64,000 nucleotides of DNA from an uncultured cyanobacterium (GTDB lineage: Bacteria > Cyanobacteriota > Cyanobacteriia > Cyanobacteriales > Nostocaceae). This document shows, piece by piece, positions 10,840 through 22,020 of this stretch; the first letter of the stretch is position 1, and each line of letters starts with the position of its first letter. The notes under the pieces are model-generated. The model did not search any database, was not told where the DNA came from, and worked only from the letters and a program-made list of their open reading frames with translations. Location of the stretch: NCBI GenBank assembly GCA_963706595.1, contig OY970166.1, positions 1 to 64,000 on the forward strand. The letters are read 5' to 3'. The position numbers and the translations under genes are program-made.

Positions 10840-10867
10840 TATGTAACCAAATATAACATTATGTAAA
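10840..10867 (-). promoter_or_regulatory. HLR1 (RpaB-type) direct repeats upstream of hli
   Basis: Minus strand TTTACATA-AT-GTTATATT-TG-GTTACATA matches (G/T)TTACA(T/A)(T/A)-N2 repeats. Confidence 0.75.
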
Positions 10868-11083
10868 TATTTTTTGCAAGGGGTTGACAAACGTTAAAGG
10901 TGTGGTTAGCCGTAATAAAAAGTTAGAAGCTACCTGAGATTGTGGAATATCGCCTCAAAAGCCACGGAGAAACAGGTATCTATTCTGGGCAAGTGCTATG
11001 ATTTCCACTGCATACGTTATGTAAATGAAAAGCTGTAGGGGCGTAAACTCTTGCGTCTTTACATAGAACACCGAAAGCTATTT

Positions 11084-12118
11084 ATGCCTACTACCACCTG
11101 GAATCGTCATCACGTTCTCTCCCTCGCTGACTTCACAACTGCCGAATACGATACTGTTTTACAAACTGCTGCTAGTTTTCAAGAGGTGCTGTCACGGCGG
11201 ACAAAGAAAGTACCCAGCCTACAAGGACAGGTGGTGGCGAATTTATTTTTTGAACCTTCTACACGCACCCGCAGCAGTTTTGAACTCGCCGCCAAACGCC
11301 TGAGTGCAGATACGCTGAATTTTGCCGCAGCCAGTTCTTCCATGACCAAGGGAGAAACAATTCTTGACACTGCCAAGACTTATTTGGCAATGGGAACTGA
11401 TATTATGGTGATCCGCCATCGAGAGGCTGGAGTTCCCAATGCGATCGCCCAAGAAATGGATCGTCTAGGGGTGCGAGTCAGTATCCTCAACGCTGGTGAC
11501 GGTCAACATGAGCATCCTTCCCAAGCATTGCTAGATTTATTTACCATTTGTACTCTCATAGACCGCAGTCATCCCCGACTAGAACTGTTAAAAGATAAAA
11601 AAATTGCCATCGTTGGAGATATTCTACATTCCCGCGTCGCGCGATCAAACATTTGGAGTTTAACAGCCAGTGGCGCACAAGTGCATCTAGCAGCACCACC
11701 CACCCTGCTACCTCAGTTATTCAAAGACTTTGTTTTAGAAGAAGGTAAAACACCCTCATCCTCCACACTCAACCGCCAACTATTTCTGCATTGGGATTTA
11801 GAATCAGCCTTACAGGATGCAGATATAGTCATGACTTTGCGCCTGCAAAAAGAACGCATGACAGCGCACCTACTTCCCAGCTTGCGAGAATATCATCAAA
11901 CCTTTGGTATTACACGCAAAAAGCTAGAACTGTGCAAACCTAACGTTAAAGTTTTACATCCGGGGCCAGTTAACCGGGGTGTAGAAATTAGCTCAGATTT
12001 AATGGATGATCCCGAATTTAGCCTAATTCAGTCGCAAGTTACCAGTGGTATAGCTATTCGCATGGCGCTATTGTACCTCTTAGGTAGTGGCAAAGATTCA
12101 GCAACTCTCATCAAATAG
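11084..12118 (+). CDS. pyrB: Aspartate carbamoyltransferase catalytic subunit
   Basis: [46 protein letters not shown]. Confidence 0.96.
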   Translation: MPTTTWNRHHVLSLADFTTAEYDTVLQTAASFQEVLSRRTKKVPSLQGQVVANLFFEPSTRTRSSFELAAKRLSADTLNFAAASSSMTKGETILDTAKTYLAMGTDIMVIRHREAGVPNAIAQEMDRLGVRVSILNAGDGQHEHPSQALLDLFTICTLIDRSHPRLELLKDKKIAIVGDILHSRVARSNIWSLTASGAQVHLAAPPTLLPQLFKDFVLEEGKTPSSSTLNRQLFLHWDLESALQDADIVMTLRLQKERMTAHLLPSLREYHQTFGITRKKLELCKPNVKVLHPGPVNRGVEISSDLMDDPEFSLIQSQVTSGIAIRMALLYLLGSGKDSATLIK

Positions 12119-12130
12119 GTTCGCACGTTC

Positions 12131-12190
12131 GTAGTGAGGACTTTAGTCCTCTCCATCTCCTTGAGGGAAAAGGGCTGAAGCCCTTACTAC
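12131..12190. repeat. REPIN-like GTAG...CTAC element
   Basis: GTAG-TGAGGACT-TT-AGTCCTC ... GGGCT-GA-AGCCCTTA-CTAC. A related half occurs at ~44697-44716. Confidence 0.65.
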
Positions 12191-12358
12191 GAGCTTAAGT
12201 CATTTCTTGGTAACTCAAGTAGTCATTTTTATTTACTCATCTATTCAGTAAATTCCTCCTATAGCTAGAGGACATAATACTGAGAATGGTGCATAATTTG
12301 AATCATAGAAGTGAGTTAAATCAATAACTTCTCAAGAATTATAGAAGGTAAATAAATT

Positions 12359-12796
12359 ATGAAAACCATATTTTTGACCGCAGCAGCGCTACTTAGTACG
12401 CTAACTTTAGCTGCGCCTATTTCTGCTAGAGAAATACCTACTCCCAAACAACAGTTATTAGAAACGAGGGAATGTTATGGTTGCGATTTAACCAACGCTA
12501 ACCTCAAAGGCGCTCACCTGATAGGTGTTGATTTGAGAAACGCGGATTTAACAGGTGCAAACTTAGAACAAGCTAACTTAGAAGGCGCAGATTTAACAGG
12601 TGCAAACTTGCACTCTGCTGACCTTACAAATGCCTTTGCCAATGGTACTACCTTTGATTATGCAAATATGACCAATGCCGATTTGAGCGATGCTAATTTA
12701 TATAATGCTCAAGTCAATGGTGCAGTAATGATTGGGACTAATATCCGTGGTGCTGACGGTTTTGATATCAATCTCGGCATTGGTGGCGAAGAATAA
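12359..12796 (+). CDS. Exported pentapeptide repeat protein
   Basis: Signal peptide, CYGCDL, then A(D/N)LxxA pentapeptide repeats. Confidence 0.92.
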   Translation: MKTIFLTAAALLSTLTLAAPISAREIPTPKQQLLETRECYGCDLTNANLKGAHLIGVDLRNADLTGANLEQANLEGADLTGANLHSADLTNAFANGTTFDYANMTNADLSDANLYNAQVNGAVMIGTNIRGADGFDINLGIGGEE

Positions 12797-12834
12797 GAGT
12801 TAAGAGTTAAATCATAACTCCTAACTCCTAAGTT

Positions 12835-14175
12835 TTACTCACCAGTAATTGAAAGTTGGTCAACCCAAATTTTAGGACACACTCCACCAGGGGTAAGCTC
12901 TGCTTCTTTATCTACATAAACTATCGACTTCAAGAGTTCCAAGAAATCGCCAGCCACAGTTGCTGATTCAATACTCGTTTTCACACCTTTGTTAACTAGC
13001 CAACCATCGAAAGGCAGAGAAAACGAACCTTGTAAAGATTTCACTCCTGCATGGAGAGCTTGTAAATCATCAATTAAAATTACATTTTCCGCAGTGTCTA
13101 AACTCAAATCCTGTTCAGGTGACGCGGCTGCAAACACATGATAAAAATTAGGACTGACGCTAACTTTTGCACCAATACTTGCATTACCTGTAGGCTGGGT
13201 ATTCATTCTTTTCGCAGTACCCGCACTGTGAAGAAAGCTTTTTAACACCCCATTTTCAATCAGCGAAATTTGACGAGTCGGAGTTCCTTCACCGTCAAAG
13301 CTTTCCGCCCCAACATTAGCTGGGTGCAAAGAATCATCATAAACCGAAAGCAGAGGTGAAGCAATTTGCTTGCCTAGATCATCAGCATTTGATAAACTTT
13401 GATTATCCAGAATGCTTTGAGCGTTAAACAAATTAGAAAACGCACCCAACAAACTTAAAAAAGCATCAGGAGAGAAAACAATGCGATATTTACCAGACTT
13501 GATTTTTTCATAATTCAAGTGGCTGATAGTTTTCTCTGCGGTTTCCTTGATACAACCATTGATATCAAGATTATTTACACTCCGTTCAATTCTAAAAGCG
13601 CTACCACTGCGGGGCTTTTTACCCTCTTCCTCGGTTTTGCTGTAAAGATAAATTGATGCTAAAGAATGAGATTCAGTTCTGGTTGCACCATCGCTATTGA
13701 GATAAAATCTGTCTATATCTCTTTGGGCTAAACCGTTATAAGGTACGCCCTGAATTGCTGGATGTGCTGCTAAAAGTTCTTTTTCCGCTTCTACCAAACT
13801 TTTAATTAGTTCAGCCACAGGTGCTTGAGATGCTTTTTCCTGATGTGTGCTGGGAATATTCACAGTTGCTTCGGGGCTAAAATCAGGGACATTTTCTTTC
13901 ACCCCAAAAAAACTAGCTTCATAAGCAGTTTTTAATGCTAATTCTAGACCCTTGGGGTCTACATCTGTGGTGCTGGTGACACCCATTGTATTGTCTTCAT
14001 TCCAGACACGCACTGTCACCCCAGAACGATTTGAGGCTTTAACTTGTTTTGGCTCACCTTGGTCTACTTGGACGCTAGTTTCATCTACAGTCGAGCCATA
14101 AATGTCAAATTTTTTAATCCCAAGTTTACTAGCATTTTCCTTGGCACTATTAGCAATTTCATTAATATTTGGCAT
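12835..14175 (-). CDS. pmbA: TldE/PmbA family protein
   Basis: FDGEGTPT, LIENGVLKSFLH, GSFSLPFDG. Lacks HExxxH and follows tldD. Confidence 0.88.
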   Translation of the reverse strand: MPNINEIANSAKENASKLGIKKFDIYGSTVDETSVQVDQGEPKQVKASNRSGVTVRVWNEDNTMGVTSTTDVDPKGLELALKTAYEASFFGVKENVPDFSPEATVNIPSTHQEKASQAPVAELIKSLVEAEKELLAAHPAIQGVPYNGLAQRDIDRFYLNSDGATRTESHSLASIYLYSKTEEEGKKPRSGSAFRIERSVNNLDINGCIKETAEKTISHLNYEKIKSGKYRIVFSPDAFLSLLGAFSNLFNAQSILDNQSLSNADDLGKQIASPLLSVYDDSLHPANVGAESFDGEGTPTRQISLIENGVLKSFLHSAGTAKRMNTQPTGNASIGAKVSVSPNFYHVFAAASPEQDLSLDTAENVILIDDLQALHAGVKSLQGSFSLPFDGWLVNKGVKTSIESATVAGDFLELLKSIVYVDKEAELTPGGVCPKIWVDQLSITGE

Positions 14176-14403
14176 GGTCAATTTTGGATGTTAGATTTTA
14201 GATTCGTAGGGTGGGTATAGCCCAAGGGGCATGGCTACGCTAAAGCGATAGCGTAACCCACCGTTAATTATGGCTACAGGTAAATGGTGGTGTTGCTGAG
14301 TGAAAATATTAAGTTTCACGCAAAGGCGCAAAGGCGCAAAGAATAAGAATGAAAGAAATGTAATTTGGGCATTTCATATTCAAGTTCACCAACCCCAAAT
14401 TCT

Positions 14404-15876
14404 TTATCTGCCGCCGACGGTGATAGAATCGACTTTAATGTGGGGTTGTCCGACTGTGGTGTAGATACTGCCACTAACGGAACCGCAGAAGCCGGGTGCA
14501 AGTTCCAAATCTTGGGAACACATAGAAATTTTATTCATAATTTCCTTCGCCTCACCAATGAGGATGGCTCCTTTTAGTGGTTTTGTGATTTTGCCATTTT
14601 CAATTAAATAAGCTTCATCTACACCAAAGTTAAATTGACCTGTAGCCCCAACGCTACCGCCACCCATTTTTTTACAGTAAATGCCTTTATCAACTGAGTT
14701 AAATAAATCTTCTGTGGTGTATTCGCCAGGTGCAATATAAGTGTTACGCATCCGACTAGCAGCAGCAAAAGTATAACCTTGGCGGCGACCACTTCCGGTT
14801 CTGGGGTGTCCGGTGCGGGAAGAACCTGTTCTATCTGCTAAAAAGTTTTTCAGAATACCTTTTTCAATTAATAGGGTTCTTTGCGCCGGCATTCCTTCGT
14901 CGTCCATATCAATTGTACCGAAGGCATTTTCTGCCCGACCTTCGTCCCAAGCTGTGAGACTTTCGTGGGCAATTTTTTCGCCTTTTTTGTCGGCAAATGG
15001 TGTAGTCTTGCGTTCGATTTGCGTAGTTTCTAAAAGATGTCCGCAAGCTTCGTGGAAGATGACCCCACCGAAGTGATTGGCCATAATAATCGGGTATGTA
15101 CCGGAATCTACATAATCTGCATAAAGCATTTTTCCGGCTGATTCGGCAATTTTCTCGGATGCATCTCGATAATCCCAAGTTCTCAGGAAGTTAGCATCGC
15201 TGGTATTTCCAGCGCGTTCACCGATAGAGGTGCGATTAGCACCATCTGCACATAATAGGTTGAATCCTACGGATTGAGTGAGGCGAATGTCACGGGCAAA
15301 AGTGCCGTCACTAGCAGCAACTAGGACTTCTTGCCAATCTCGGAAATAGGAAGCCCGGCGCGATTGTACATGGTTGGCTTTTTTCTGGAGGTAGGTAGTG
15401 CCATCAAGAAGGACTTCTCCCATTTCTTTGATTGAACTACACAAAGGTAGCCAGCCATCTTTACCTCTTTTTGTGGCGTAGTCTCTGAGTAATTCTAAGT
15501 TGATTTCTGGGATGAAGGCGTTATGAGTCGGTAGTTCTAATCCGAGAATGGAAAGTCCTTTTTCTAAGGCTGCTTTTAAACCCGAAAATGAAAGGTCGTT
15601 GGTGCTGACGTAACAATCAGCTTTACCGCGAAATACTCTGACTCCCGCACCTGTGGCTAAACTGGGTGAAATACTGGTAATTGCGTCGTCTTCTGCGAGA
15701 CAACTGATATAGTTACGACGTTCTAAGAATAATTCGATGAAGTCAGCACCTGCGGCGCGTCCGAGTCCGAGAAGGGTAGCTAGAGGAGCTTCCCAGGTTT
15801 CATCGAATCGCTCTGCTGTGGATGAATATTGTAGTGTGGGGATTTGGTTGGAGAGAAGTAGCGTACTTGTAAGCAT
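14404..15876 (-). CDS. tldD: TldD family metalloprotease
   Basis: [10 protein letters not shown] zinc motif, [13 protein letters not shown]-terminal GFCG..GQPH. Confidence 0.92.
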   Translation of the reverse strand: MLTSTLLLSNQIPTLQYSSTAERFDETWEAPLATLLGLGRAAGADFIELFLERRNYISCLAEDDAITSISPSLATGAGVRVFRGKADCYVSTNDLSFSGLKAALEKGLSILGLELPTHNAFIPEINLELLRDYATKRGKDGWLPLCSSIKEMGEVLLDGTTYLQKKANHVQSRRASYFRDWQEVLVAASDGTFARDIRLTQSVGFNLLCADGANRTSIGERAGNTSDANFLRTWDYRDASEKIAESAGKMLYADYVDSGTYPIIMANHFGGVIFHEACGHLLETTQIERKTTPFADKKGEKIAHESLTAWDEGRAENAFGTIDMDDEGMPAQRTLLIEKGILKNFLADRTGSSRTGHPRTGSGRRQGYTFAAASRMRNTYIAPGEYTTEDLFNSVDKGIYCKKMGGGSVGATGQFNFGVDEAYLIENGKITKPLKGAILIGEAKEIMNKISMCSQDLELAPGFCGSVSGSIYTTVGQPHIKVDSITVGGR

Positions 15877-16259
15877 GAATAGTCCCGTGTGGTGGCGTTA
15901 TAGTTAGGTTTACTGTATTTTCTTAACTTGTATATCTATCTAGGTTAATAATTTTTTTGATTTATTACAAGATAGTTCTTCCTTATCAAGTTTATCATAA
16001 CAAAAATCACAGCAATTGTCAACTGCCAATACTCTCTTTTGGCGTGGAACTAAAGAAGGAATTTTAGTATTTCCCTAAGATAAATTGTAAAGTCGGTGGT
16101 GCGGGGGAAAATTTAAAGGTGGGTTACGCTGTCGCTAACCCAACGCTACAATTTTTGCATTATTTTAAGCTTGTCGGTCCACTACATTCAGTGGCTTAAT
16201 GGGAGGTGCGATCGCCTACTGCACTTGATCCATTACATGAATAACGCTATATATGAGTT

Positions 16260-16673
16260 ATGTTGCAAATTTCTCGTAAAATCATTATCCCCGATAGCGA
16301 AATTGAAATGAACGCGATTCGCTCTCAAGGGGCAGGTGGTCAAAACGTCAATAAGGTTTCTACTGCTATCCACTTACGCTTTGACATTGAGGCTTCATCA
16401 TTACCGACTTTCTATAAAGAACAGCTGTTGAAGTTAAATGACAGACGCATTACTCAGGAAGGAGTTATTGTCATCAAGGCTCAAGAATACCGCAGTCAGG
16501 AGAAAAACCGGGAAGAGGCTTTGCAACGACTCAAACAACTTATACAAAGCGCAGTTATACTTCCCCAAAAACGCAAACCTACTAAACCAACTCGCAGTTC
16601 TCAGAAAAAACGTCTTAATAGCAAAACTAAGCGCGGACAAATTAAGTCGATGAGAGGACAGGTGGTTGATTAA
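16260..16673 (+). CDS. arfB: Alternative ribosome rescue peptidyl-tRNA hydrolase ArfB
   Basis: RSQGAGGQNVNKVSTA (GGQ motif), RSQEKNR, basic C-terminal tail. Confidence 0.95.
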   Translation: MLQISRKIIIPDSEIEMNAIRSQGAGGQNVNKVSTAIHLRFDIEASSLPTFYKEQLLKLNDRRITQEGVIVIKAQEYRSQEKNREEALQRLKQLIQSAVILPQKRKPTKPTRSSQKKRLNSKTKRGQIKSMRGQVVD

Positions 16674-16753
16674 AATGCGATACCCTCATAGATATCCGCT
16701 ATGCTAATCCTGCGGGTGTGGGAAAATAGGTCAACTGGACTCAGGATTGATTT

Positions 16754-17575
16754 ATGAATTTCTCGTCAGCACGATTATATTTTTACCAAGAAATTCAACA
16801 GCCTGACGAGCATATTGATCTGGCAAAGGCTGCTTTGTATATTGCCCAGGAGGAATATCCTGGTCTTGATATTGCGGAATACCTCAACGCTCTGGATACA
16901 ATGGCTGGGGAAGTTCAAGAATGCTTACCTGCTTCACCATATCCTCTGCGAATTATTCAAACTCTCAATCAGTATCTCTACGCTGATTTGGGATTTGCTG
17001 GTAATCAAACAGACTACTATGACCCCTGCAATAGCTTTTTAAATGATGTGATTGACCGCCGCATGGGGATTCCGATTACTTTGGCGCTGGTTTATCTGGA
17101 AATTGCCCGTAGGATTGATTTTCCGATGGTGGGTGTAGGAATGCCAGGACATTTCCTAATTCGCCCTAATATTCCAGATATGGAAATCTTTGTGGATGCG
17201 TTTAATCGGGGTGAGGTGATGTTTGCAGAAGATTGTGAACACCAATTATCTCAAATGTTTCAGCAACCTGTGAGTTTACGATCTGAGTTTTTAGCCCCGG
17301 TAAGTAATCGGCAATTTTTGGCGCGGATGTTGACGAATTTGAAGTACATTTACCTTAAACAACAAAATTTAGCAAAAGCTTTGGCTGCGGTTGAACGCAT
17401 TTTGCGGTTGTTTCCGGAGATGATTTTAGAGGTGCGCGATCGCGGTTTGCTGTATTATCAACTAGGTGAATATGCACCAGCTGCTGATGACTTGCAAAGT
17501 TATCTGGTCAAGGTTCCTGATGCTGAGGATGCAGTGGTAATTCGGCGGTTACTGGCTGAGATGGGAAAGGATTAA
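16754..17575 (+). CDS. SirB1 family transglutaminase-like/TPR protein
   Basis: YYDPCNSFLNDVIDRRMGIPITL, GMPGHFL, RMLTNLK, RDRGLLY. Confidence 0.88.
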   Translation: MNFSSARLYFYQEIQQPDEHIDLAKAALYIAQEEYPGLDIAEYLNALDTMAGEVQECLPASPYPLRIIQTLNQYLYADLGFAGNQTDYYDPCNSFLNDVIDRRMGIPITLALVYLEIARRIDFPMVGVGMPGHFLIRPNIPDMEIFVDAFNRGEVMFAEDCEHQLSQMFQQPVSLRSEFLAPVSNRQFLARMLTNLKYIYLKQQNLAKALAAVERILRLFPEMILEVRDRGLLYYQLGEYAPAADDLQSYLVKVPDAEDAVVIRRLLAEMGKD

Positions 17576-17735
17576 ACCTCACCCCCAACCCCTCTCCTTG
17601 TAAGGCCACTGTGTACACACAAGTAGGGAAATTCTTTTTTGTGTCATAAGACCCCACCCCTAACCCCTCCCCGCAAGCGAGGAGGGGAACTAGACGCTAG
17701 TCCTAAACTAATGACTAATGACTAATGACTAATGA
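17576..17735. repeat. Cluster of C-rich palindromic dispersed repeats plus ACTAATG STRR
   Basis: CCCCAACCCCTCTCCTT.., CCCCTAACCCCTCCCCGCAAGCGAGGAGGGG (also at ~35421, 38996, 40002, 41203), and tandem ACTAATG. Confidence 0.75.
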
Positions 17736-18164
17736 CTCTGCAACTTGTTTGAGGCGACGGAGTTGGGCTTGCATATCGTTTTGAGTCCAAGATGCGGCGA
17801 AGTTATTGAAACCCCAACTGATTATGGGGTTAGGAATATCGTATTCAAAACGGTTGACAAGAAGCGTATTTTGTGATGTGGGTTGGCATTCCCAGCGATC
17901 GCGCCCGTGGAAAAATCCTTGAAATTCCCAGACGACAAGACCCGGCTGCCGTTCTACGACGACACTTTTCAGGGTAGGTTTAAGGAGAGGAATTTGAATC
18001 ACAAACAGACTTTCACTGCCAACCTCTGTACTCCATGTACCCACAGGTTCGCAACATAGAGCCGGATTGAGCCAACGGTGCATGAGTGTTAAATCGGTAA
18101 TGCAGCGTTCCACTATTGTGGCTGTGGCATTAATTTGAATCGATTGCTCAAAAGCTTGGGACAT
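17715..18164 (-). CDS. SRPBCC/polyketide cyclase-like family protein
   Basis: FEQSIQINATATIVERCITDL..MHRWLNP, WEFQGFFHGRDRWEC. Confidence 0.75.
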   Translation of the reverse strand: MSQAFEQSIQINATATIVERCITDLTLMHRWLNPALCCEPVGTWSTEVGSESLFVIQIPLLKPTLKSVVVERQPGLVVWEFQGFFHGRDRWECQPTSQNTLLVNRFEYDIPNPIISWGFNNFAASWTQNDMQAQLRRLKQVAESLVISH

Positions 18165-18554
18165 TCCACATTTCTCATGCTGTTGCTTTACTTAGAATAT
18201 CGCAAAATTAAGCATTTTTATCAGATTATGTCAACATCCCCCTGCTCCCTGAACCCTGCTCCCCTGCTTCTTTTTCAATGGCTTGAGTGCAGACACAAAT
18301 ATACAACTTATGAATGAATAGGGCGAAATAGGCGATTTTGTGGGGTATTGGTGAATAAAACGAGAATATAAATCACAAAGTCAAAAAAATATCTTTGAGA
18401 GCAACTGCATTTATGTGTTTATTGCCCATTTACTGGTAAATTGATAGGCAAAACATGAGTGAACTTACTGGGGCTAAGGATGATTTCATATCCAGCTACT
18501 CCATAAGTATTACAAGTGTTTTTTGGAGACATCTTACCTTAATACCGGAAAACC

Positions 18555-20207
18555 ATGAACACAACTTGGCAAAGTATAACCCAGTTGATAGACAGTGGTT
18601 TATCGATGAGGGTACAACATTTTTTAGCACAGTCACCAAGTTTACCACTAGATCAACAAAGAGTTAACGAAGGAATCACCGAAGTACAAGGAATTGTTGA
18701 ACCTTTGGTGGCGTTTACCCCCCGTTTATTGGGCGCGGCGGCAATTTTGTTAGTTGGTTGGTTAATTGCTTTGGCTGTAGCCGCAGTTACAAAAGGGATT
18801 CTGGATCGCACGGAGATAGATAACCGCATTGCAGCCGGGATAACTGGTCGTGGGGATGTTCCCCAAATAGAGAAGTTAATCTCTGGCTTAGTCTTCTGGA
18901 GTATCATGCTGCTGACAGTAGTAGCTGTTTTACAAACTCTGGAACTAGAGGTAGCCTCTCGACCACTAAATAATTTGCTTGACCAATTGATTGGCTTTTT
19001 GCCTAAGTTGGTGGGTGCGGGAATTCTTTTAGGAGTGGCTTGGTTAATCGCGACTATTGTCAAACTGGTTACAGTCAGAGGATTACAAGCGCTGAGGCTG
19101 GATGAGCGTTTGAATCAAGAAGTCCAAGATGAGACAGTCAATCTGAAGCAATTATCTTTGAGTGAGACTATTGGTAATGCTTTGTATTGGTTTATTTTCT
19201 TACTGTTTCTCGTGCCAATTTTGGATACGTTGGCGCTCAGACAAGCACTATTACCAGTACAATCCTTAATTACGGACATTCTGTCAATTCTGCCTAATAT
19301 TCTGGCGGCGGCGTTAATTGCGGCTGTGGGCTGGTTTATAGCCAATATTGTGCGGCGGATTGTGACTAATTTACTTGCAACCACAGGGGTTGACCATATA
19401 GGAAGTCGGGTGGGACTTTCGGCATCTTCAGGAATGCAACCTCTGTCGAGTATTATTGGCACGATTGTCTATATTTTGATTTTGATTCCTGTGGCGATCG
19501 CCTCGCTGAATGCTTTGAGAATTGAGGCGATTTCTTTACCTGCGATCGCGATGTTACAGCAGGTGTTGAATACTCTACCCGCCATCTTTACAGCCCTAGC
19601 AATTTTAATTGTGTCCTTTTTCTTAGGGCGGTTTGTCTCGGAGTTAGTAACCAGCATCCTGACTAGCTTAGGTTTTAACAACATTTTCGCCGTATTAGGT
19701 CTACCATCACTGAGTAGACAATCTGCAACTTCAGAAGCAGACGCAACCCCAAGATCAGCCAGCCGCACCCCATCAGAAATGGCCGGGATTGTCGCTTTAG
19801 TGGGGATTATGCTGTTTGCCACAGTTGCAGCTGTGAATATCCTGAATATCCCCGCCTTGACAGCACTGGTGACAGGCATTTTAATTATCCTGGGACGGAT
19901 TTTAGCAGGATTGATCGTATTTGCCATTGGTTTGTTCTTAGCAAATCTGGCGTTTCAACTGATTAGCAGTTCCGGCGACCGCCAAGCCCGAATTTTGGCA
20001 CAGGTAGCACGGATTGCCATTATTACATTAGTCTCAGCAATGGCACTGCAACAGATTGGTGTTGCCAGTGATATTGTGAATTTAGCCTTTGGACTTTTAC
20101 TAGGTGCGATCGCCGTTGCAATTGCCCTATCCTTTGGTCTGGGTAGCCGTGATATAGCCCGTGAACAAGTTCAAGGTTGGCTTGATTCTTTTAAAACCAA
20201 AGAGTAA
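18555..20207 (+). CDS. Multi-pass membrane protein with repeated TM-helix modules (MscS/CmpX-like)
   Basis: Repeated (F/L)LPxLxxAxxILxxGWxIA modules, ending ALSFGLGSRDIA. Confidence 0.85.
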   Translation: MNTTWQSITQLIDSGLSMRVQHFLAQSPSLPLDQQRVNEGITEVQGIVEPLVAFTPRLLGAAAILLVGWLIALAVAAVTKGILDRTEIDNRIAAGITGRGDVPQIEKLISGLVFWSIMLLTVVAVLQTLELEVASRPLNNLLDQLIGFLPKLVGAGILLGVAWLIATIVKLVTVRGLQALRLDERLNQEVQDETVNLKQLSLSETIGNALYWFIFLLFLVPILDTLALRQALLPVQSLITDILSILPNILAAALIAAVGWFIANIVRRIVTNLLATTGVDHIGSRVGLSASSGMQPLSSIIGTIVYILILIPVAIASLNALRIEAISLPAIAMLQQVLNTLPAIFTALAILIVSFFLGRFVSELVTSILTSLGFNNIFAVLGLPSLSRQSATSEADATPRSASRTPSEMAGIVALVGIMLFATVAAVNILNIPALTALVTGILIILGRILAGLIVFAIGLFLANLAFQLISSSGDRQARILAQVARIAIITLVSAMALQQIGVASDIVNLAFGLLLGAIAVAIALSFGLGSRDIAREQVQGWLDSFKTKE

Positions 20208-20249
20208 AAGTATTACTTTCGCCAGATAAGAATCATCAACCCTTTGAGA

Positions 20250-20331
20250 CGTAGGTTGGGTTGAGGCTTTGGGAAACCCAACAAAACCAGGGATTCTTAA
20301 TATCGGGTTTCGCTCCTTAATCTAACCTACG
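20250..20331. repeat. REPIN-like GTAG...CTAC element between convergent genes
   Basis: CGTAGGTTGGGTT..AACCCAAC ... TAACCTACG. Confidence 0.7.
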
Positions 20332-20382
20332 CCTCAGATGGCAAATTGATAATTTTCATAAAGTGTCTAATTTGTCAAGATA

Positions 20383-21843
20383 TTAATTTTTCAGTTTTAC
20401 TTTTTGTTGCAATTCCTGCTTAATGCGGTTGAGGATCGATTTTTCATCTAAGTTTGCCAAAATTCGACTAATGACTGCTTTAGGTCCTTCATCACCCCAA
20501 GTTGCGCCATTAGCCAAATAAACTTTAGTAACTTGTCCAATACCATAAGAAGAAACCCCAGCCACCCCAGCTTGAGTGATAGCCACTGAGACATAAGGCG
20601 CAAAAGTAGCCCCAGCCGTAGCGGATGCAGAGATACCCAGCAGAGTTTTTAATCCACTCAAGCCTAAATTTGCCAGCAGCTCACTAAAACCGATACCGCC
20701 CATACTGAGAGCAATTTTTTGTAGCAATTGTACAGCACCGCTTTCGCTCATGGGGATGCCATAGAGTTTAGATAAACCCAAAATTAGAGAAATATCAATG
20801 ACTATACTACTGAGTATATCGACAACTGTTACCGGATTGAGTGCGATCGCTAAAGCCTTAGTCATCACAGCCTTCCAAATCAACTGATTAGCATTCTGTT
20901 CACGAATCGTCAATTTTCGCTCAACCAATTGCTCATTCACATTATCCGCATAAAGCATAGTATTGAGAGCCACCAAAGCTTTACCTTCACGGTGCAGAAC
21001 CTCCAAAATTTTCAGCTTCAACTCTTCAACTTGAGCTGTACTGTTACGTAACTGCACCCCCCTAGTACCATCAGGGCGCATAATCGCCGTCTTCACCAAT
21101 GGGGATGCAGCCGCCATCACAATTTCCAGAGGCGTGAGTAATTCCCTCACCCGTTCATCTCGGATTTTGTGATAAATTGCCATCCTGTCAGCTTTAGGAT
21201 ACTGATCAACTTTATTAAAAACCAGAATGATCGGTTTACCAGCTTCTCGCAACTGCGAAAGAGCTTCATGTTCTATCTTTGTCATATCCCCAGCAATTAC
21301 AAACAAAATTAAATCTGCTTGCTTGGCTACCTGTTCAGCTAAAGCAGCACGAGTGTCACCATCGACTTCATCTAACCCAGGAGTATCAATTAGTTCCACC
21401 TGAGATTGACCACCCGCAGGTAAAGTTACCCGTAAAGTGCGTTCATTTTCGCCAATTGTCTCCTCAGTAATACTCCAGTTAACACATTGGGAATCACGGG
21501 TAACGCCATGCAGGGGTCCTGTTTCAAACACCGTTTGTCCCACCAGAGCATTGAGTAAAGAGGACTTACCACGTCCCACCATGCCAAAAGCAGCAATTTG
21601 TACCACCATGCTGTCCAACTTACCCAGCATAGTTTCCAAATCAGCGAGTTCATTTTCCAATCCGCTTTTTTCCTGGGGAGTCAAGTCAAGATTGGTGACT
21701 AAATTTCGCAGCGCCCTTTGTGCTTGTTTATAGTTGAGTTCTGTTTGAATATCGTCAAAACTGAAAATAGCACTATCCAGTTCCTCCTCCCAATTGGGTG
21801 AGTCGCTGTGATGAGGTTCAGGTAAAGGCAATTTGGAAGTCAT
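20383..21843 (-). CDS. Era-like GTP-binding protein with DUF697-type C-terminal domain
   Basis: GMVGRGKSS (G1), DTPG (G3), NKVD (G4), hydrophobic C-terminus. Confidence 0.85.
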   Translation of the reverse strand: MTSKLPLPEPHHSDSPNWEEELDSAIFSFDDIQTELNYKQAQRALRNLVTNLDLTPQEKSGLENELADLETMLGKLDSMVVQIAAFGMVGRGKSSLLNALVGQTVFETGPLHGVTRDSQCVNWSITEETIGENERTLRVTLPAGGQSQVELIDTPGLDEVDGDTRAALAEQVAKQADLILFVIAGDMTKIEHEALSQLREAGKPIILVFNKVDQYPKADRMAIYHKIRDERVRELLTPLEIVMAAASPLVKTAIMRPDGTRGVQLRNSTAQVEELKLKILEVLHREGKALVALNTMLYADNVNEQLVERKLTIREQNANQLIWKAVMTKALAIALNPVTVVDILSSIVIDISLILGLSKLYGIPMSESGAVQLLQKIALSMGGIGFSELLANLGLSGLKTLLGISASATAGATFAPYVSVAITQAGVAGVSSYGIGQVTKVYLANGATWGDEGPKAVISRILANLDEKSILNRIKQELQQKVKLKN

Positions 21844-21850
21844 ATCAAAT

Positions 21851-21962
21851 GGGGAGTAGGAAGTAGGGAGTGGGGAGTGGGGAGTGGGGAGTGGGGAGTA
21901 GGGAGTAGGGAGTGGGAAGTAGGGAGTGGGGAATAACTAATGACTAATGACTAATAACTAAC
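21851..21962. repeat. STRR arrays: ~11 GGGGAGT-type units then ACTAATG/ACTAATA units
   Basis: Tandem heptamers directly visible. Confidence 0.9.
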
Positions 21963-22020
21963 AAAAAGTCCTAAACTGAAAAATGCATCTAGTAGCGTTA
22001 GAATCTTGACTAAATCACCT

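Noticed and set aside
10928..10981. Imperfect hairpin upstream of pyrB as a PyrR attenuator or riboswitch
   Set aside because: No PyrR-binding consensus or terminator/antiterminator pair that I can support.
12835..15876. tldD/pmbA as part of a RiPP cluster
   Set aside because: No precursor peptide, YcaO or dedicated exporter is adjacent.
18653..19927. Long antisense ORFs opposite the membrane protein, and others opposite pnp, trpD and wza
   Set aside because: Shadow ORFs caused by codon bias of the real genes.
21851..21962. Tandem repeats as a possible CRISPR array
   Set aside because: They are 7-bp units with no unique spacers, i.e. ordinary STRRs. I saw no repeat-spacer array or cas gene in the window.
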